From assembly GCA_964016885.1 (NCBI GenBank), contig OZ024745.1:75702001-75766000 (forward strand): a DNA stretch of 64,000 bases, read 5' to 3'. The notes under the pieces were generated by a model. That model was not told the DNA's origin. It saw only the letters and a list, made by a program, of their open reading frames with translations, and searched no databases. Source of the DNA: Eledone cirrhosa (lineage: Eukaryota). Shown in pieces: positions 40,105 to 56,593 of this stretch (its first letter is position 1; each line of letters begins with the position of its first letter). Both the position numbers and the translations under genes were made by a program.

Positions 40105-41176
40105 ATATTCATTTCTCATATTGTCTCAAGGGTCAACATTTTGAGGAAAGGAGTGATTTAATGAATTGACCTAAACCAAGAAGAAGAAAGCTAAAATCGA
40201 AGCGCTGATAAATGAGCACCTACGTAGTCATTCAGTTTGCTAGTAAAAGCAACCAAATAGTCCTCAAATCCCAACTACTTGAAACCGTTTAAAAAAATGG
40301 TACATTAACTAAGTTGGCCCTAAATACAATGTATTTGAATATAAGATGGGATAGTCATGAATGGAATGTTTTAATAATAGGTTTGTTTAGTCAAGTCTGA
40401 TAAAGGTCATCGTGTTAGTCCATGGTCGAGTTTAACTCCAAATTCACTTGGTCTCTGTATAACTTTAACAGAATCTGCTCAGTTTGCAAACATTCTATCT
40501 GGATCTCCAATCTTAGGATAACTTCCTTCCACCTTCCACCCATCATTTTTCTCTCTCCTTTGATAGTAAACAAACAAGAAACACAACAACCATATAAAGT
40601 CAGAACTTAGAAACGAATTGTGAAAGTCGTCAAGGTGCCGGATTAAACGCTTCGGTATTTGTTCTGGCTCACAACACTCTGAGTACAAACAGCGGAGTCG
40701 GAGTCGAAATATAAAGTAGCAGTGTAAGGGCGGAATTGGTAAAGAGTCGGGCGAAGAGCTTTGTGGTATCTGTGTGTGTGTTCTAAATTCAAATCAATCC
40801 CGCCTCTTTCTGTCAGGTTTGGCAGATAGTATCAGCAATGGAAAAACCAATGGAAATATAGTTTCCTTACTCCGTCCGATTTGACGATCGGTTCCTTTCG
40901 TGTTCTTTAAAGAGACGTAATTAAACAACATAATGCACCGATTCAGCTATTCCTCTCCGCTCCTATGACAGGCCATATAAAATTCAGGAGTTGTTATCAA
41001 ATTTGAATCTAATGGTGAGGAAGAAATTAATGTTTTCTGAAATAATGAATATTTTATTGTTGAATTAAGAGAAAAAGTTAATTAATTGCACAAACAGTTT
41101 TATTAAATAAACAATTAAAATATGAAGTAGAAAAGAATTGCGACTAAATTACTTCTCTTAAAAGATTGTTATTGAA

Positions 41177-41296
<120 letters not shown>

Positions 41297-41343
41297 GTGC
41301 GTATGTGTGTGTGTGTTTGCGTGTGTGCGCGTGTGTGTGTGTG

Positions 41344-41441
<98 letters not shown>

Positions 41442-41705
41442 TAAGAGGTGAACACACAAAATAATAATACTAGAGAACAACACAATGTAGTTACACATAA
41501 ACTTTTAATACGAATTTCAATTTATATTTTTTTTTACCTTAGACCGTGCAGGGCCAGATCAGGTTCGACAAAGCATCATGTTCATCACTTTAACAGTTCT
41601 TCCAATTCACCGCTGGAGATCTAAGATGTGTAAAGAATTGCTCACTCGAAAAACTTTGGATGAAGCAACCAGGCTGAAACTTCAAAGTCACTGTTACTTT
41701 TTTAC

Positions 41706-41910
41706 TCTTCTTCTTCTTCATCGCCCACTTATTCCTGAGAGAGTCATGGAGGCAGAGTCCTCAAACATTCCTTCCAGCGGGTCCTGTCAGAAGAAACCGT
41801 CTCCAACTGATCCGGCTGGATCTCCAAGCGAGACCAGCCAAGATCATGGATGTTATCCAACCATCTTGCTCACGGTCTACCCCCAGGTCTCCTGCCGGTT
41901 GGTTTTGCCC
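41706..41910 (-). pseudogene. RTE-clade LINE 3' end (second family) with (GAA)n tail
   Basis: Minus strand: AKPTGRRPGGRP*ARWLDNIHDLGWSRLEIQPDQLETVSSDRTRWKECLRTLPP, followed by gatgaagaagaag. Confidence 0.75.
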
Positions 41911-42424
41911 GTAAAATCTGTCCACCGATTCTTTCCTGAAAATAAAATTTAAACTCTACCTACATGTTTGAATATTAATTCAGTTCAAATCTCACCGAGG
42001 TCAACGCTGTCTTTATTCAAAGTCGATAAATAAAGCAGCCGCCCAAGGAGTGGAAGGTTTGGTAAAATTGATAAAGAGTTATATAGGAGATTCTGCAGTA
42101 TCACGTCCGGCTCTGTGTGTTCTGAGTTCAAATCTCGCCTCCTTCTGCCAAACCTCGCAACCGTCAGCATAGCTTGACGTTCGGTTCCTTTCCTCTTTTT
42201 TTTTCATTTTGTATTAATTGAAAAACACCAAATAAACTAGAAAGGGTGACAGCTACTACATCAAATGATATACTAGGGAATTAGAAACAAAAGGTGGTTT
42301 AACACACACACACACACACACAAACACACATATATAGGAACGATCGACTTTCGTCAAATCGGACCGAGGGAACAATGTTTCCGTTGGTCTTTCCAATTGC
42401 TAATACTATCTATCGGTCGCAACT

Positions 42425-42547
42425 CCAGGTAGAAGGAGCAACGTGAAAATAAAGTGCCTTGCTCAAGGACATAACGCATCGCCTGGTCCAGGAATCGAAC
42501 TCACAACCTTACGATTGCGAATCCAATTCTCTAACCACTCAGCCAAG
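42425..42547 (-). mobile_element. tRNA-derived SINE (type 2)
   Basis: Minus strand: tggctgagtggttagag...gagttcgattcc...tgtccttgagcaaggcactttattttcacgttgctcc. Relatives at 48655-48958 and 60870-61107. Confidence 0.8.
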
Positions 42548-43164
42548 TATAAACACACATATACATAAACAAAATTCTTGTACTTTTGAATTTGGAGGAT
42601 TGCCACAAAGATAATACCAACTTCCCTTGACTCCTGAACACACGAAAAACAGATATGAATTGTCACTGTCCATATTCACTAAACCACTAACACTCGCATT
42701 TTTTTTTTTTTTTTTTTGGCACAAAAGTACCACCAAATTCGGTGCCTAATCCCGTGATCATCCTAAGCCGATCAAATTATACTTTAATCAATTAGCAATT
42801 TGAGCAACGTTTCTGCATACAACAGAAAGAATCATAAAACTCCCGATTTGGGGCACGTAATTATCACAAAATTCGATGCTTAACCACGTGAACTTCTGCA
42901 ACCTATCAAATTTTACATAGCAATCAGAGCCATATATTTTGTATAAAACTGAAAGAAATTCCCAACATCAGTTAGATGCGAGTTATAAGTCCATATAGCC
43001 ACATTTCTCTCCATCTTTCTTAACTTTTGAAAATCATGAAACTTGTGAAACCGGTAAATTTATAAGTTTTAAATAAACTTTCTTAAAGACTGCAATTGCA
43101 TTTTCAACTTTTTTTTTCTATATTTTTACTCGTGTAGGATATATTAAAGAAACCTTACTTTCGA

Positions 43165-43214
<50 letters not shown>

Positions 43215-43729
43215 TATATATATGTGTGTATGTGTGTGTGTGTGTGCGTGTATGTGTGTATATGTGTGTGTATATGTGTGTGTATATACATGTATATACA
43301 TGTATATACATGTGTGTATGTGTGTGTGTGTGTAGTACGTAGTATGAAATGATTGATTGGTGACTGGGCAATGACTCTCCTGAATTGATAATGGATGATT
43401 TATTACACAACGAATTTCGAATTAATCAAATACCTACCTAAAACATGATTGTTTCTACAAACAGAAACATCATCATCATCATCATCATCATCATCATTAT
43501 TATTGTTATTATTAATTCGTTATGTTTTTTATTTTAAATGTATATTTTTTAGTCTTCTTTATAAATCTTCCCTCACACAAAAACCCACACTGTACTCTCC
43601 TGTACCGTCTTTATTGTCCTCTTAATGTAAGCCCTATGTGACTAATAAAGAAGCTATTATTTTTATTTTTATTTTTATTTTTATTTTTATTTTTATTTTT
43701 ATTTTTAATATTTATTTTTATGATGATAA

Positions 43730-43912
43730 GGGCAGTAGGTTGGCAGAATCGGTAGAGTGTCGGACACCATGCTTTACAGCCTAAAGTTATGACCCTTTAC
43801 ATACTTACCGGGTCGATAAAATAAAGTACTAGTAATGTACTGGGATCGATTTAATCGCCTTTCCTCTCCCCCAAAAAGTTGTTGGCTTTGTGCCTAAATC
43901 CGAAGCCATTAT
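43730..43912 (+). mobile_element. tRNA-derived SINE (type 1), internally deleted
   Basis: tggcagaatcggtagagtgtcggac...gggtcgataaaataaagtactagtaatgtactggg. Confidence 0.75.
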
Positions 43913-44187
43913 TATTATTATGCTTTGGGTATGAATTGAAGATACTTTACGGAATATTTGTGCAGTTTCTAGTTGCGTTATTTTCTATATGTTGTCTATA
44001 TTTATAAGTCCTAAGTTTAAGGTTATGATTATATCTGTGTAGGGCTTATTTATTATTTGTAAAGCACCTATTATTGTAGGTGTTGTTTCAATTTTTATCA
44101 TTCAGTTTATCTTTATAACTTTATATTTCGAATTATTATTGCTGTTGTTGTTGATGATATTATTATTTTATATATATATATATATAT

Positions 44188-44418
44188 AATGAAGGAAATG
44201 TGGTAAGGAACCAGGTGGACCATAACGCACCAAAGTACTCAATACTTAGGGTAGTAGAGTGGATAATAGGAACGAGTAGGACCCCGACGGCTGAGCTCAA
44301 GCCGTTTCGACGGCTAATTCTGGAGTAAAAAAAAAAATTTTTTTTAAGATTTTTTTTTTTTTAGTCCAGAATTAGCCGTCGAAACGGCTTGAGCTCAGCC
44401 GTCGGGGTCCTACTCGTT

Positions 44419-44422
<4 letters not shown>
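44188..44422. mobile_element. Family A fold-back copy
   Basis: Fixed terminus at left; arms 44266-44330 and 44358-44422 around an A/T spacer; (TA)n flanks. Confidence 0.9.
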
Positions 44423-44488
<66 letters not shown>

Positions 44489-45452
44489 TTTTTTGAGGGT
44501 TGAGTTTTCCTCTCACTTTAGTCTCTGTAAATAAACCCTTCTCTTTATATTGTATTGTTCTTCTATTTATTGTCCCTGAATCTTGTTTGCCCTTGTGGCC
44601 ATCATTACTATCGTCATTATTGCTATAATAATAATAGTGATAATGAAAATTATTATTATTATTATCATCATTATTGGGCCTAAATCAGAGACCATCATCA
44701 TCATCATCATCATCATTATCATTACTGCTGTTGTTATTGTTATTGTTTTCCGTGAAGAGAGAAAAAAGATTGAGCATTTGCTAATCTATAAAAAACAAGA
44801 TGTCATGGGGGTTAAATAAGTGGAAAAATCTTATGATCGATCTTCTGTGTAACCTCCTGACACACTGAGGCCTAAGCCGTATTCTCATTTATATTGATCG
44901 TTTTATTTTCTATTATATATATATATGTATGTATGTATATGTGTGTGCGTGTGTCATGTTACTTTTTTTTATTGTTGTTGTTTAATATCTCTAACTTCAA
45001 ATTTCAGTGGCGAAATTACTTTGTATAATGTTCAGAGATATCAGACAGAATGTGAAGGAAGATGTGGTACAGGTCAACAGATCGTTGCCAATACTTGGGA
45101 AAACATAAACAAATACTGAATTGATGTGACAGTTTTTTTTAGCTTCTTATTCATGCTTAATAACCAATAAAATACATTTATTTGTTAACCCTTTTGATAC
45201 CAAAACCGCCAGAAACCACCAATGGTTCTACGATACAAAACTATTTATTTTGAAGCGTCTATATTTAACTAAAAACTTTTCATTATAATTTTATGTAAGA
45301 AACTTTGTTATGCTCCAAATACCAACTTAGTAATGAGAAAGTCATTGATATTATTAAACCCCTTTGAACGTTTAATTATTGTTAAAACTATTTTAAAATC
45401 ATATAAAATGATGATATATATTAGTTTACTGCTTGAAATTATAGGAAAAGTG

Positions 45453-45488
45453 TCTTAACGTTTCAATCGTTAGTTCTTCATCAGAAAA
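45453..45488 (-). ncRNA. Degenerate hammerhead core (family L)
   Basis: Minus strand: tttt CTGATGA agaactaacgatt GAAAC GTT aaga. Homologous to 21241-21276. Confidence 0.4.
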
Positions 45489-46267
45489 AGAAATAGAAAG
45501 ATAGAGGAAACGACAAGTAAATGTTTATGGAAGGAAATCATGAGTGCATTAAGTCAGCCATATGAACAAATGAACAGCTGCTTGAACAAATGCCGTATGA
45601 GAAAAGTATTTCTAACTAGCACAAGGCTAGCAATCTAAGGGAAGGAGTACGTAGTAAAATCTTGTTAAAATGATACTCAAAGTTTCAAATTAACTTAAGC
45701 TGAATTTATACCATCTCTGCATCTGTTTTACTCGAGTTTCTACATTCCTACCTAAAAAAAAACACTAACACAAACTATGTTTTTAAACACACATTTTACT
45801 GGCCTCTACCATAGGGATTACTTAGTAAATGGACCTCGATTATGAGCACTCAAGTTATTCAATCAACAGTACAGCCTACTCGTAAAAGCGTGTGAATTAT
45901 CCACAAATACATGTACTCATAACATAATTTTCAGGAACATTAATCGCAATATTGACAAAGCTGACTCGTTAAAATTCCAGGTACAGTCCATCCGTCTTCC
46001 AGATAGTTTCCATCTACTTAATTTCTCCCACAATCCGAGGTATAGGAGAAAAAAAAACACTTACTCAAGATATCACATACTGCGATTGAACCTGAAGCTT
46101 TGTGTATTAAAAAAATAGCTACAACAGGACTAGAACTGTTTCATTCGTATGAATTGAGAAGCCTTTTAACTGTGCCCCCCCCCCCCCGTTTAATTCGGGA
46201 TCACACACACACACATATATATATGGTGCTATCAAGTTAGACATGCCCTGAGCAAAACCTATCAAAG

Positions 46268-46317
<50 letters not shown>

Positions 46318-46319
<2 letters not shown>

Positions 46320-46528
46320 CGAAGGAAATGTGGTAAGGAACCAGGTGGACCATAACGCACCAAAGTACTCAATACTTAGGGTAGTAGAGTGGGTAATAGG
46401 AACGAGTAGGACCCCGACGGCTGAGCTCAAGCCGTTTCGACGGTTAATTCTGGACTAAAATCTATTTTAGTCCAGAATTAGCCGTCGAAACGGCTTGAGC
46501 TCAGCCGTCGGGGTCCTACTCGTTCCTA
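46318..46528. mobile_element. Family A fold-back copy
   Basis: Nearly identical to the 44188 copy; hairpin centre ctaaaa-tcta-ttttag; (TA)n flanks. Confidence 0.9.
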
Positions 46529-47619
46529 TATATATATATATATATATATTAACCTAATATATACCTTCCATATACTATACCGATTGTGTTATTATTTCTG
46601 TTTACCTTTTACATACATATATATATATAAATTTTGGTACCATTGAAATATATATAATAAAATAAATATGGTTTTATAAAGATAGCTTCCATTTATTGAT
46701 ATTATTGGTATATATATATTACAAAGCGAACGTTTTAACCACTCTCCCATGTGTTCATACGAAATACTTACACGTCTCTTATTTCCCTTTTTAAGAAAAA
46801 GAAAATGCGTTCATTAAATTTCAAATTTCTCATTGTTTTTCTCTTCTTTCTTCTCATTTCTTTTCTTTTCTCCATATTTCTTTTTGCATTCTTCAACGGT
46901 TTATCTCCTTCAGTGTATTTCTACATTTCTACAGATCCCTTGTAGCAAAGCATGATTTAAAAAGGGCAGAATTACAGAACATACTCTTCACTCATCATTA
47001 TTCCGTCCTTAGACGTTTTGAAAAAAATATATTTGAGATTTGCTGAAGGCATCTGGTGAAGATTGCGTTAACTTATACACACAAGTACATACTCGTATTA
47101 AACACATATATACACACATATTTATGTATATATTAAATATATATATATATATATACACACATACATATATGCAGACAACATAAACAAACCACCCACACAC
47201 ACATATACATATATACATACACATGTATATATATATGTGTGTGCGTGTGTGTACGCACATACATATACATATTGAGAGAAAGGAGGGAAGAGATATTTTG
47301 ACTTCATTAATTATGCTTTGTTTTGCCCCACTCTAACCCCCCTTTCTCTCTCTCATTCTCTCTATCTATCTATCTATCTATCTATCTATCCATCTCCCAC
47401 TTCATTTAACATAAAGCTGAAGATAAAGCGGAAACATAAAGCTGAAGACGTCCGTGCAAGTGATGGCATTCAAATGTACAACTTCAACAATGAAATATTC
47501 AACAAGTCAAGTACTCGTGAGTGCTCAACTATAGTTCAACATGCTCTTTGCCTTCTTTAATCTAGACACTTACAAATTGGTTACTAAAACTATTTTTCAT
47601 ACGAGTGAGGTTACCAAAT

Positions 47620-47810
47620 AATTGTTTCTACTTTTGGCACAAGGCCAGCAATGACCCAGTGCATTACTGGTACTTTATTTTATCGACCCCGTAAGGATGA
47701 AAGACAAAGTTAACCTCGGCGCGATTTGAACTCAGAATGGCAAGGGCCGTAACTCCATGCGTCAAAGCATGGCGTCCGACCCTTTACCGATACTGCCAAT
47801 CCACTGCCAA
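47620..47810 (-). mobile_element. tRNA-derived SINE (type 1)
   Basis: Reverse complement of the type 1 consensus; forms an inverted pair with 48145-48295. Confidence 0.85.
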
Positions 47811-48144
47811 ATAATAAGTGCGAGTTCGTTGTGAGTTTAAGGATATCGCTTCATATCTAGGTGTTTTCGGGTTCAGTCTCATTTCGTGGCACCAAAGCCT
47901 CCGGTTGACCAATGCCTTGTGGGTAAAACTTGCTAATTGGAATGTATGGAAAGCCGTGGTATATATGTATGGTTTGGTCCTGTAACTCCTGATAGAGTCG
48001 TAGGGGCGCCGTATTGACAAATATAAATATGATATCAGAAAATATAATAACAAAAGGTGACTCAAAAGGTATAAACCTCAGTGTCATTATTTGCATAGAA
48101 TAAATATATATACGCACGAATGCAAAACAATTAAGATTACATTA

Positions 48145-48295
48145 TATGCTTTCCAGCATAGTTACGTCCCTTTGCGGTCTGAGTTCAAATCCCGCCGAGG
48201 TTAACTTTGCCTTTCATCCTTATGGGGTCGATAAAATAAAGTACCAGTAATGTACTGGGTAATTGATGGCCTTGTGCCAAAAAGTAGAAACAATT
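48145..48295 (+). mobile_element. tRNA-derived SINE (type 1), 5'-truncated
   Basis: gagttcaaatcccgccgaggttaactttgcctttcatccttatggggtcgataaaataaagtaccag. Confidence 0.85.
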
Positions 48296-48654
48296 ATATA
48301 TACACACAAATCTTCATATATAAATAAGATCAACCACGCAATCAGAGAATTGCAAAATAAATTAACGAAATCATGACTTACCTATCTAGATCGTTCCTAA
48401 GAATGAATGCGACCATTCTTCAAGACCAAAGAAGAGAAAGTGAGAAACTAAAGACAAAGGCACCACTAGCTGATGCCCTCCAGTCAACTATCGGTCAAAC
48501 TGAAAGACTAGAAAAGGCCTTTAGAATTTTATTACCTCTAAACAAAACTATCAAACAGTAGTAAAGATCTCCCTTTAATTACTACTTCAGTGCAAACGGG
48601 TTAAATTTCTTGTTTCAATGCAATATTACACACCCTTTACTTTTTTTCAAAAAT

Positions 48655-48958
48655 GTCTACTTCCAAGTGTTTGATCGACGGAACAATCTGCTCGTGACAT
48701 TAACGTGCAAGTAGATGAGGATTCCATAGGCATGTGTACCTACAACATGATTCTCATGGACAGTCATCGTAACAATGTGTGTGACAAGGTTGGCCTTTTG
48801 AATGACGAGTACGACTCCTTTTCCAAGCTGAATGGGCTGGGGCAACGTAAAATAACGTGTCTTGCTTAAGAGCACTACCCGCCGTCCCATCCCATCCAGG
48901 AATCCACCTCACGACCTTACGATCGTGAACCGAACACTCAAACCACTAAGCCACGGCT
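48655..48958 (-). mobile_element. tRNA-derived SINE (type 2)
   Basis: Minus strand: gtggcttagtggtttgagtgttcggttcacgatcgtaaggtcg...ttaagcaagacacgttattttacgttgcc. Confidence 0.7.
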
Positions 48959-48974
48959 TTCATAAGTGAAAATA

Positions 48975-49392
48975 ATTGTTTCTACATTAGGCACAAGGCC
49001 TGCAATTTGAAGGGAAGGGAAAAGTCGATTAAATCGAGCCCAAATCATTACTGGTGCTTTATGTTATCGACCCTGTAAAGATGAAAGGCAAAGCTAACCT
49101 CGGCGGGATTTTAACTCAGAACGTAAAATTCCATAACTCCATGCTGCAAAGCATAGAGTCTGACGCTCTACTGATACTGCCAATCCATCGCCCTCTAATG
49201 GTTTCTGATTTAGGCACAAGGCCAACAATTTGGTGGGAGGGGGGAAGTCGATAACCTCGACCACAGTGCATTACTGGTACTATTTTATCGACCCCGTAAG
49301 GATGAAAGGTAACACTAATCTCAGAGGGATTTTACTCAGAGCATAAAGAGCCCTAACTCTATGCCGCACCGACACTGCCAATCCACCGCCCT
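48975..49392 (-). mobile_element. Two tandem tRNA-derived SINEs (type 1)
   Basis: Two successive reverse-complement copies (48975-49195 and 49198-49392). Confidence 0.8.
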
Positions 49393-50031
49393 CACAAGTG
49401 AAAATAATAATTAGAAAAACTTAACGTTTCTATTGTGTATGATTTCTTGAAAAGAAAATAGATCCACCAGGTTCAAACTTTTTTTTTTTTTTTTATTTGT
49501 TGTTGTTGTTGTTGTTTTTTTAGGGGGGGGGGGGGGGGGGGGGGGGGTTCAAGAGCTGTATTCACTTATACAATTAAGAGATGTCAAATGTGTTTCAAAT
49601 CGTACATCACCACAAAGAGATCTAGAAGAACAACAAACTTGAGATTAATTCTGGCATGCTAAAGTTACATTTTTATGATGTTGGAGAGGTTATTTAGTGA
49701 TTGTTTTCAAAGCGACACTAATTTCTTGATGGCTAAACATTTCTCTTCTAGATAGTATTTACATTAATCGCTGCAATCTAGATATGTCTTTTTCGACTCT
49801 GAGACAAGTGAACGCGTTTTATTCTGATTAAGATGTTTCAAACAAAAATATAATTCATTGAAAAATATTTAAAATAGAAATAGGAAATACATTTATAACA
49901 CACACACGCACGCACGCGCACATACACGCACGTCGCACACATACACCCACATACCCACACACCCACAAACACACACACGCATGCACACACGCACACACAA
50001 GCACATATATATATATATATATACACACACA

Positions 50032-50132
50032 CAGGGTGTCCCAAAAAAATGTATACACACGTCAACAGTATTCTAATATATATTGCCTATACAGGTAATC
50101 AAAGTGTGTATACATATTTTGGGGACACCCTG
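50032..50132. mobile_element. 101-bp Tc1/mariner-type MITE
   Basis: TIRs cagggtgtcccaaaaaaatgtatacacac / gtgtgtatacatattttggggacaccctg. Flanks are CA/CA rather than TA/TA. Confidence 0.7.
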
Positions 50133-51405
50133 CATATGTACATATATATATATATATTCTGCAATTCAAACCATTCTATATCCAGTCTGCACTTAACTGC
50201 GTTGTTCATATTTACTGAGACTTTCCTTCCAAATCATCGACTTGCAATCAATTGACAGGCAGTGATTAAAAAATAAATAAATTTCTAATTATGCTAAAAT
50301 TATTGTGAATCAAACCATTTATTTTTATTTGGATTATTTCAATATTACCCTTCCGAGACGACAATATAACTTTTAGTGATTCATTCAGAATTACAGGAGC
50401 CTTAGATTAAGATAATTCATATAAGATTGGCGTTCATATCTTACTTCTTTAAACTATACTAATGAGATCTGTCATGGGCCAAAAAGTTGTTTGATTTTTG
50501 AGCGCTTGTTTGTTAATATAATTTGTTTTTTGTTTTGTTTTTTACAATTTTCTAGTCTTAATCTCTTCTCCATTTTCTGCTGTCACTAGTCGAACGATTG
50601 ACATAAAGAATTAGTGCAGAAGATGGAAGTCAAAAATTATAATCAAAATCAATGTCATTAAGTCGTTGCATGACTTGTTAAATAGTTCACAATTGAATAC
50701 AACATGCAGTCTCTTGAATCAGGATAATGAACCCCCATATTACTTCATAGAGTTGGTAACTCATCTAGTTTGTTAATACATGGTCGCCTAAATCAGGATA
50801 ACAACCCCTTATATTTATGACATAGAGTCGGTGTAGCTATCCAGCCGAGTGGAATGTTCTATCAATTTTAACAGAAGAATATTTATTTTACAAAAGAAAA
50901 TACTGATTTCTGTCATACTCGTTTACGGGATGGATAAACAAGATTAAGCTGGCACCATTTCATATTTGGTACTCATTTTATGAACTAAGAAGAGATAATA
51001 AAAAGATCGACACCAGCATGATTTGAACTTACAATGTAGAGAGTTGAAACTAAGACCGTAGGGTGGTGGTAGCATGTTAACTATTCCACTACTCTAATAT
51101 AGTATTTAATTTCTAACATATGTACATTGGAATGAAAATAGGCATTCTCATATATTTCTTCTGTATACGAAGTAACTAACAAAATGTCTTTACAATTTAT
51201 CCTTTTCACCGTGAGGCTTGTATTAATAATTTAAAATTGTAGTTATACCTACATTAAATGTATTTTAAACTTTTTAACATATGCCGTATATTTTACTTTT
51301 TGCTTTACTTTTATTAACAGGCAAGACAGCGGAACGGAACACACTTTATAACAGAATAACTAGAGACAAGAGAAACATAACCTTACCTCTTCCTTTTAGT
51401 TGTAA

Positions 51406-51680
51406 CTAGCAGAATGGTCCGGCTTTGCTCGGGATTTGCTCTAGGGTTCTTATATATTTGATATATATTTATCCTTATCGAGCCTCGTGAAATAAATACG
51501 TTTGTTTATATTTTGTTGTGTATACAAAAATATCTGTACACGAATATATAATTATATATATATTAAAATAACAGATTAAAGTTTAAGCAAAGAATCGCTG
51601 CTTTCACCCTTAACGGGATCTTCTGAAACTAAAAAAATCAATCTGTGAACGCAGAAGTAAATATTTCGAAAAACGTTACA

Positions 51681-51714
<34 letters not shown>

Positions 51715-52045
51715 TATATATACATATATATACACACACACACATACATATAATGACGTCATAATGTCGTAATACAGACAGCCAGACATACAGACAGATA
51801 TTATAAGGACGCAACGTTATATCTATGTATCTATCTAAAAAGAATGACTAAGAATTATAGAGAGAGATCGTTAAATCGTCTAATGTGGTCCCTAGAGCAT
51901 TGAAAATTTGAAATATTTTTTGCTCAAAACACTCACATGACCATAAGTATTATATGTGTAAAGTTTGAAAAATATCGGTTGAGTGGTTCTCGAGTTTTAG
52001 GGAGTCAGACAGACAGACAGACATTCCCTGTTTTAGATATATAGA
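51406..52045 (-). mobile_element. Non-autonomous Helitron
   Basis: Minus strand starts a|TCtatatatctaaaacagggaatgtctgtctgtctg and ends cccgagcaaagccggaccattctgCTAG|t. Confidence 0.75.
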
Positions 52046-52361
52046 TAAGCTGTTCAGGCGAGACGTTATTTTCCAACACAAGAAAATTCATTAGAGTTTT
52101 CTTGAAATAGCTATTAATTAGTATATATTAACTCTAGTCCAATTAAGAGACATGTAAGTCTTGATTAACTAATTAATTATGTTAATTGGCAAATGTTCAT
52201 AATCATAGCGAAACCGCGATCTAAATTATATTTTTTTCCTTAAATACTACGTTCTTAACAATAATTTAGTATTTTACCTAAACAAAATTTTGAATAACTA
52301 ATGCTCAGAGTTTAGCATATTTGAGCTAAGTTATGGTAAAATATATATATATAAAGAGAGA

Positions 52362-52428
<67 letters not shown>

Positions 52429-52479
52429 AAGAAAAAAAGAAAAATGTATGTGCTCGACCTTAAGTTGGGAAACAAATTA

Positions 52480-52700
52480 CGTATCTGGTGAGCTTTAATT
52501 ACACATTATCTTCGAACTAGACTCCTTGTACCTCTACATACCTGGCCCAGTGATCTTTCCGTTGTTCGAAGCACATCAGGAATGCTTCTTCCGAAATAGC
52601 TCTCATAAAGAAAACAAGGAGTTGGATAATTTTTCGACAGACCACGCATTAATCGTCAGGATTGTCTTGATAATTTGAAACGAATGAAACGGTTCTAGTC
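52480..52700 (-). pseudogene. Mariner transposase remnant
   Basis: Minus strand FMRAISEEAFLMCFEQRKDHWARYVEVQGV*FEDN resembles the mariner C-terminus. Confidence 0.6.
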
Positions 52701-53115
52701 CTGCAAATGTCATTTCTCTGTGAAATAAATGTATACCTTCTGTACTAATGTATATTGAATACTTTATTTAACTGAGGTTCCCTTCCGTTCTTGAGGTTCC
52801 CTTCCGTTCTGCTTTGAAAAGCCATTCTTAAATATAAATATATAGATATACGTAACCGAGAGATCGGACTTCGAAGCGCTGAAAATATAGAATTAATGTA
52901 AAGACGGAAAAAGAAGTTGGCAACCTCTTTTTCCGTGTTTTAAAGGACTTCACCATATTTTATAAGCTATTTTATAGCATCTCTGCGCATGAGAACATTA
53001 GAACATCATCCTTTACATTATATATAGAGAGATAGAGGTATCCACCATTTTAAAAGCGAAAACAAATTTTGTGATATATATATATATACATACATACATA
53101 CATACATACATACAT

Positions 53116-53155
<40 letters not shown>

Positions 53156-53194
53156 ACATACATACATACATACATACATACATACATACATACA

Positions 53195-53225
<31 letters not shown>

Positions 53226-53731
53226 GCATTTCTTTTCTTCTTGTGTTTTCTTGTTATTGATTTGCAGTGGTTGGTGTGTTAGTGTGTTGGTGTGTTGGTG
53301 TGTTGGTGTATGGGGTAGGTGACAACTTAGTATTATTCATTCCTCTGTCACATGAATGAACGAACGACAGAAATGTAACTTCACTTGGTTGTTTAACTGG
53401 GCGAGAAAATGGAATGACGACAAGAAGATGCTAACCGCTTGGTCACACAAACTTAACCGCTTCCATGTGAAAAGAAACAGGCTTTTTACCATTCCTTATA
53501 GACGAAGTAATTTAAATAAAGCCTTCTTAGTATCTTGCCACATCCGCCACACAGCCATACCTCCACATTACTTCATTTCTCCTTCTTCTTCTTCTCCATC
53601 AACATCATAAATCACCATCCCCTGCCTCCTCATCATCATCTGCCTCCTCCTCCTCTTCACGATCATCATCCTTTTTCCTCTTCCTCTTCTTCTTATTCTT
53701 CTTCATTTCCATCATCATCTTCATCATCCAC

Positions 53732-53782
<51 letters not shown>

Positions 53783-54059
53783 TGTTTTGTTTCTTTGAAT
53801 TTTATTTCAGATCCCTTTTTGTCACCAATTCTGCCAACAGATGTAAAGGCAGTGAAGCGAATGGTGACATTGTGAGAGCAGCATGTGACAACTTTGAGTG
53901 CTGTGCTGCTGCTACTGCTGCTGCTGCTACTACTGTTTGTGAAACCAAAGCGAAGTGCTTGGAATCAATCAATACCTTTTCTGGGAATATATCAAAATCT
54001 AATATAAACGAAACTAATCTAATTAGAGTATTGCTAAGTAAGGTTATTGAAACATGCAT

Positions 54060-55573
<1,514 letters not shown>

Positions 55574-55772
55574 GTGTTAAACGATATTCAATGATTATGT
55601 CAAAGAATGAGTTTTACAGTAGATTGGAAGCACTCTACGGAAAATAATTTTCCGGAGTTATTAATATTAAAATATAAATATTAATAAAATAGATGTTCTT
55701 TTTATATCAAAAGAACATCTATTTTATTAATATTTATATTTTAATATATATATATATATATATATATACATT

Positions 55773-55809
<37 letters not shown>

Positions 55810-55904
55810 GTGTATATATATATATATGTGTGTATATATATATGTGTATATATATATATATATATATTTGTGTGTGTGTGTGTATATATATATATATTTA
55901 TGCG

Positions 55905-55939
<35 letters not shown>

Positions 55940-55969
55940 GTGTGTGTGTATATATATATAAATAAATAA

Positions 55970-56065
<96 letters not shown>

Positions 56066-56090
56066 TTATGTATATATATTTATGTATATA

Positions 56091-56210
56091 AACGGCTTGA
56101 GCTTTGCCGTCCGGGTCATACTTGTTCCTATTACCCACTCTACTACCCTAAGTATTGAGTACTTTGGTGCGTTATGGTCCATCTGGTTCCTTACCACAAT
56201 TCCTTCGTTA
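56091..56210 (+). mobile_element. Family A 3' fragment
   Basis: aacggcttgagctttgccgtccgggtc...ccttaccacaattccttcgtta. Confidence 0.8.
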
Positions 56211-56212
56211 TT

Positions 56213-56270
56213 CATGTATATATATATATATATCAAATATATATGTTATGAATATATATATGTGCATGTA

Positions 56271-56332
<62 letters not shown>

Positions 56333-56558
56333 TTTGATAGGATATCTATTTGATAAGATATCTATTATTTCTTCATGTGTGCCTTTTAATCTTATAGCCT
56401 GGTTTAATTGGTTTTTTGTGTGGTTGATTATGCTAATTGGGAGAGGAAATGGTGTATATATCTTATCAAATGATTCTATGGACATAATTTATAGTATATT
56501 GCTCTGATTATTTAATTTATTAATTCATCATTGAGCCACATCGTGAATGGTTGCCAAA

Positions 56559-56593
<35 letters not shown>

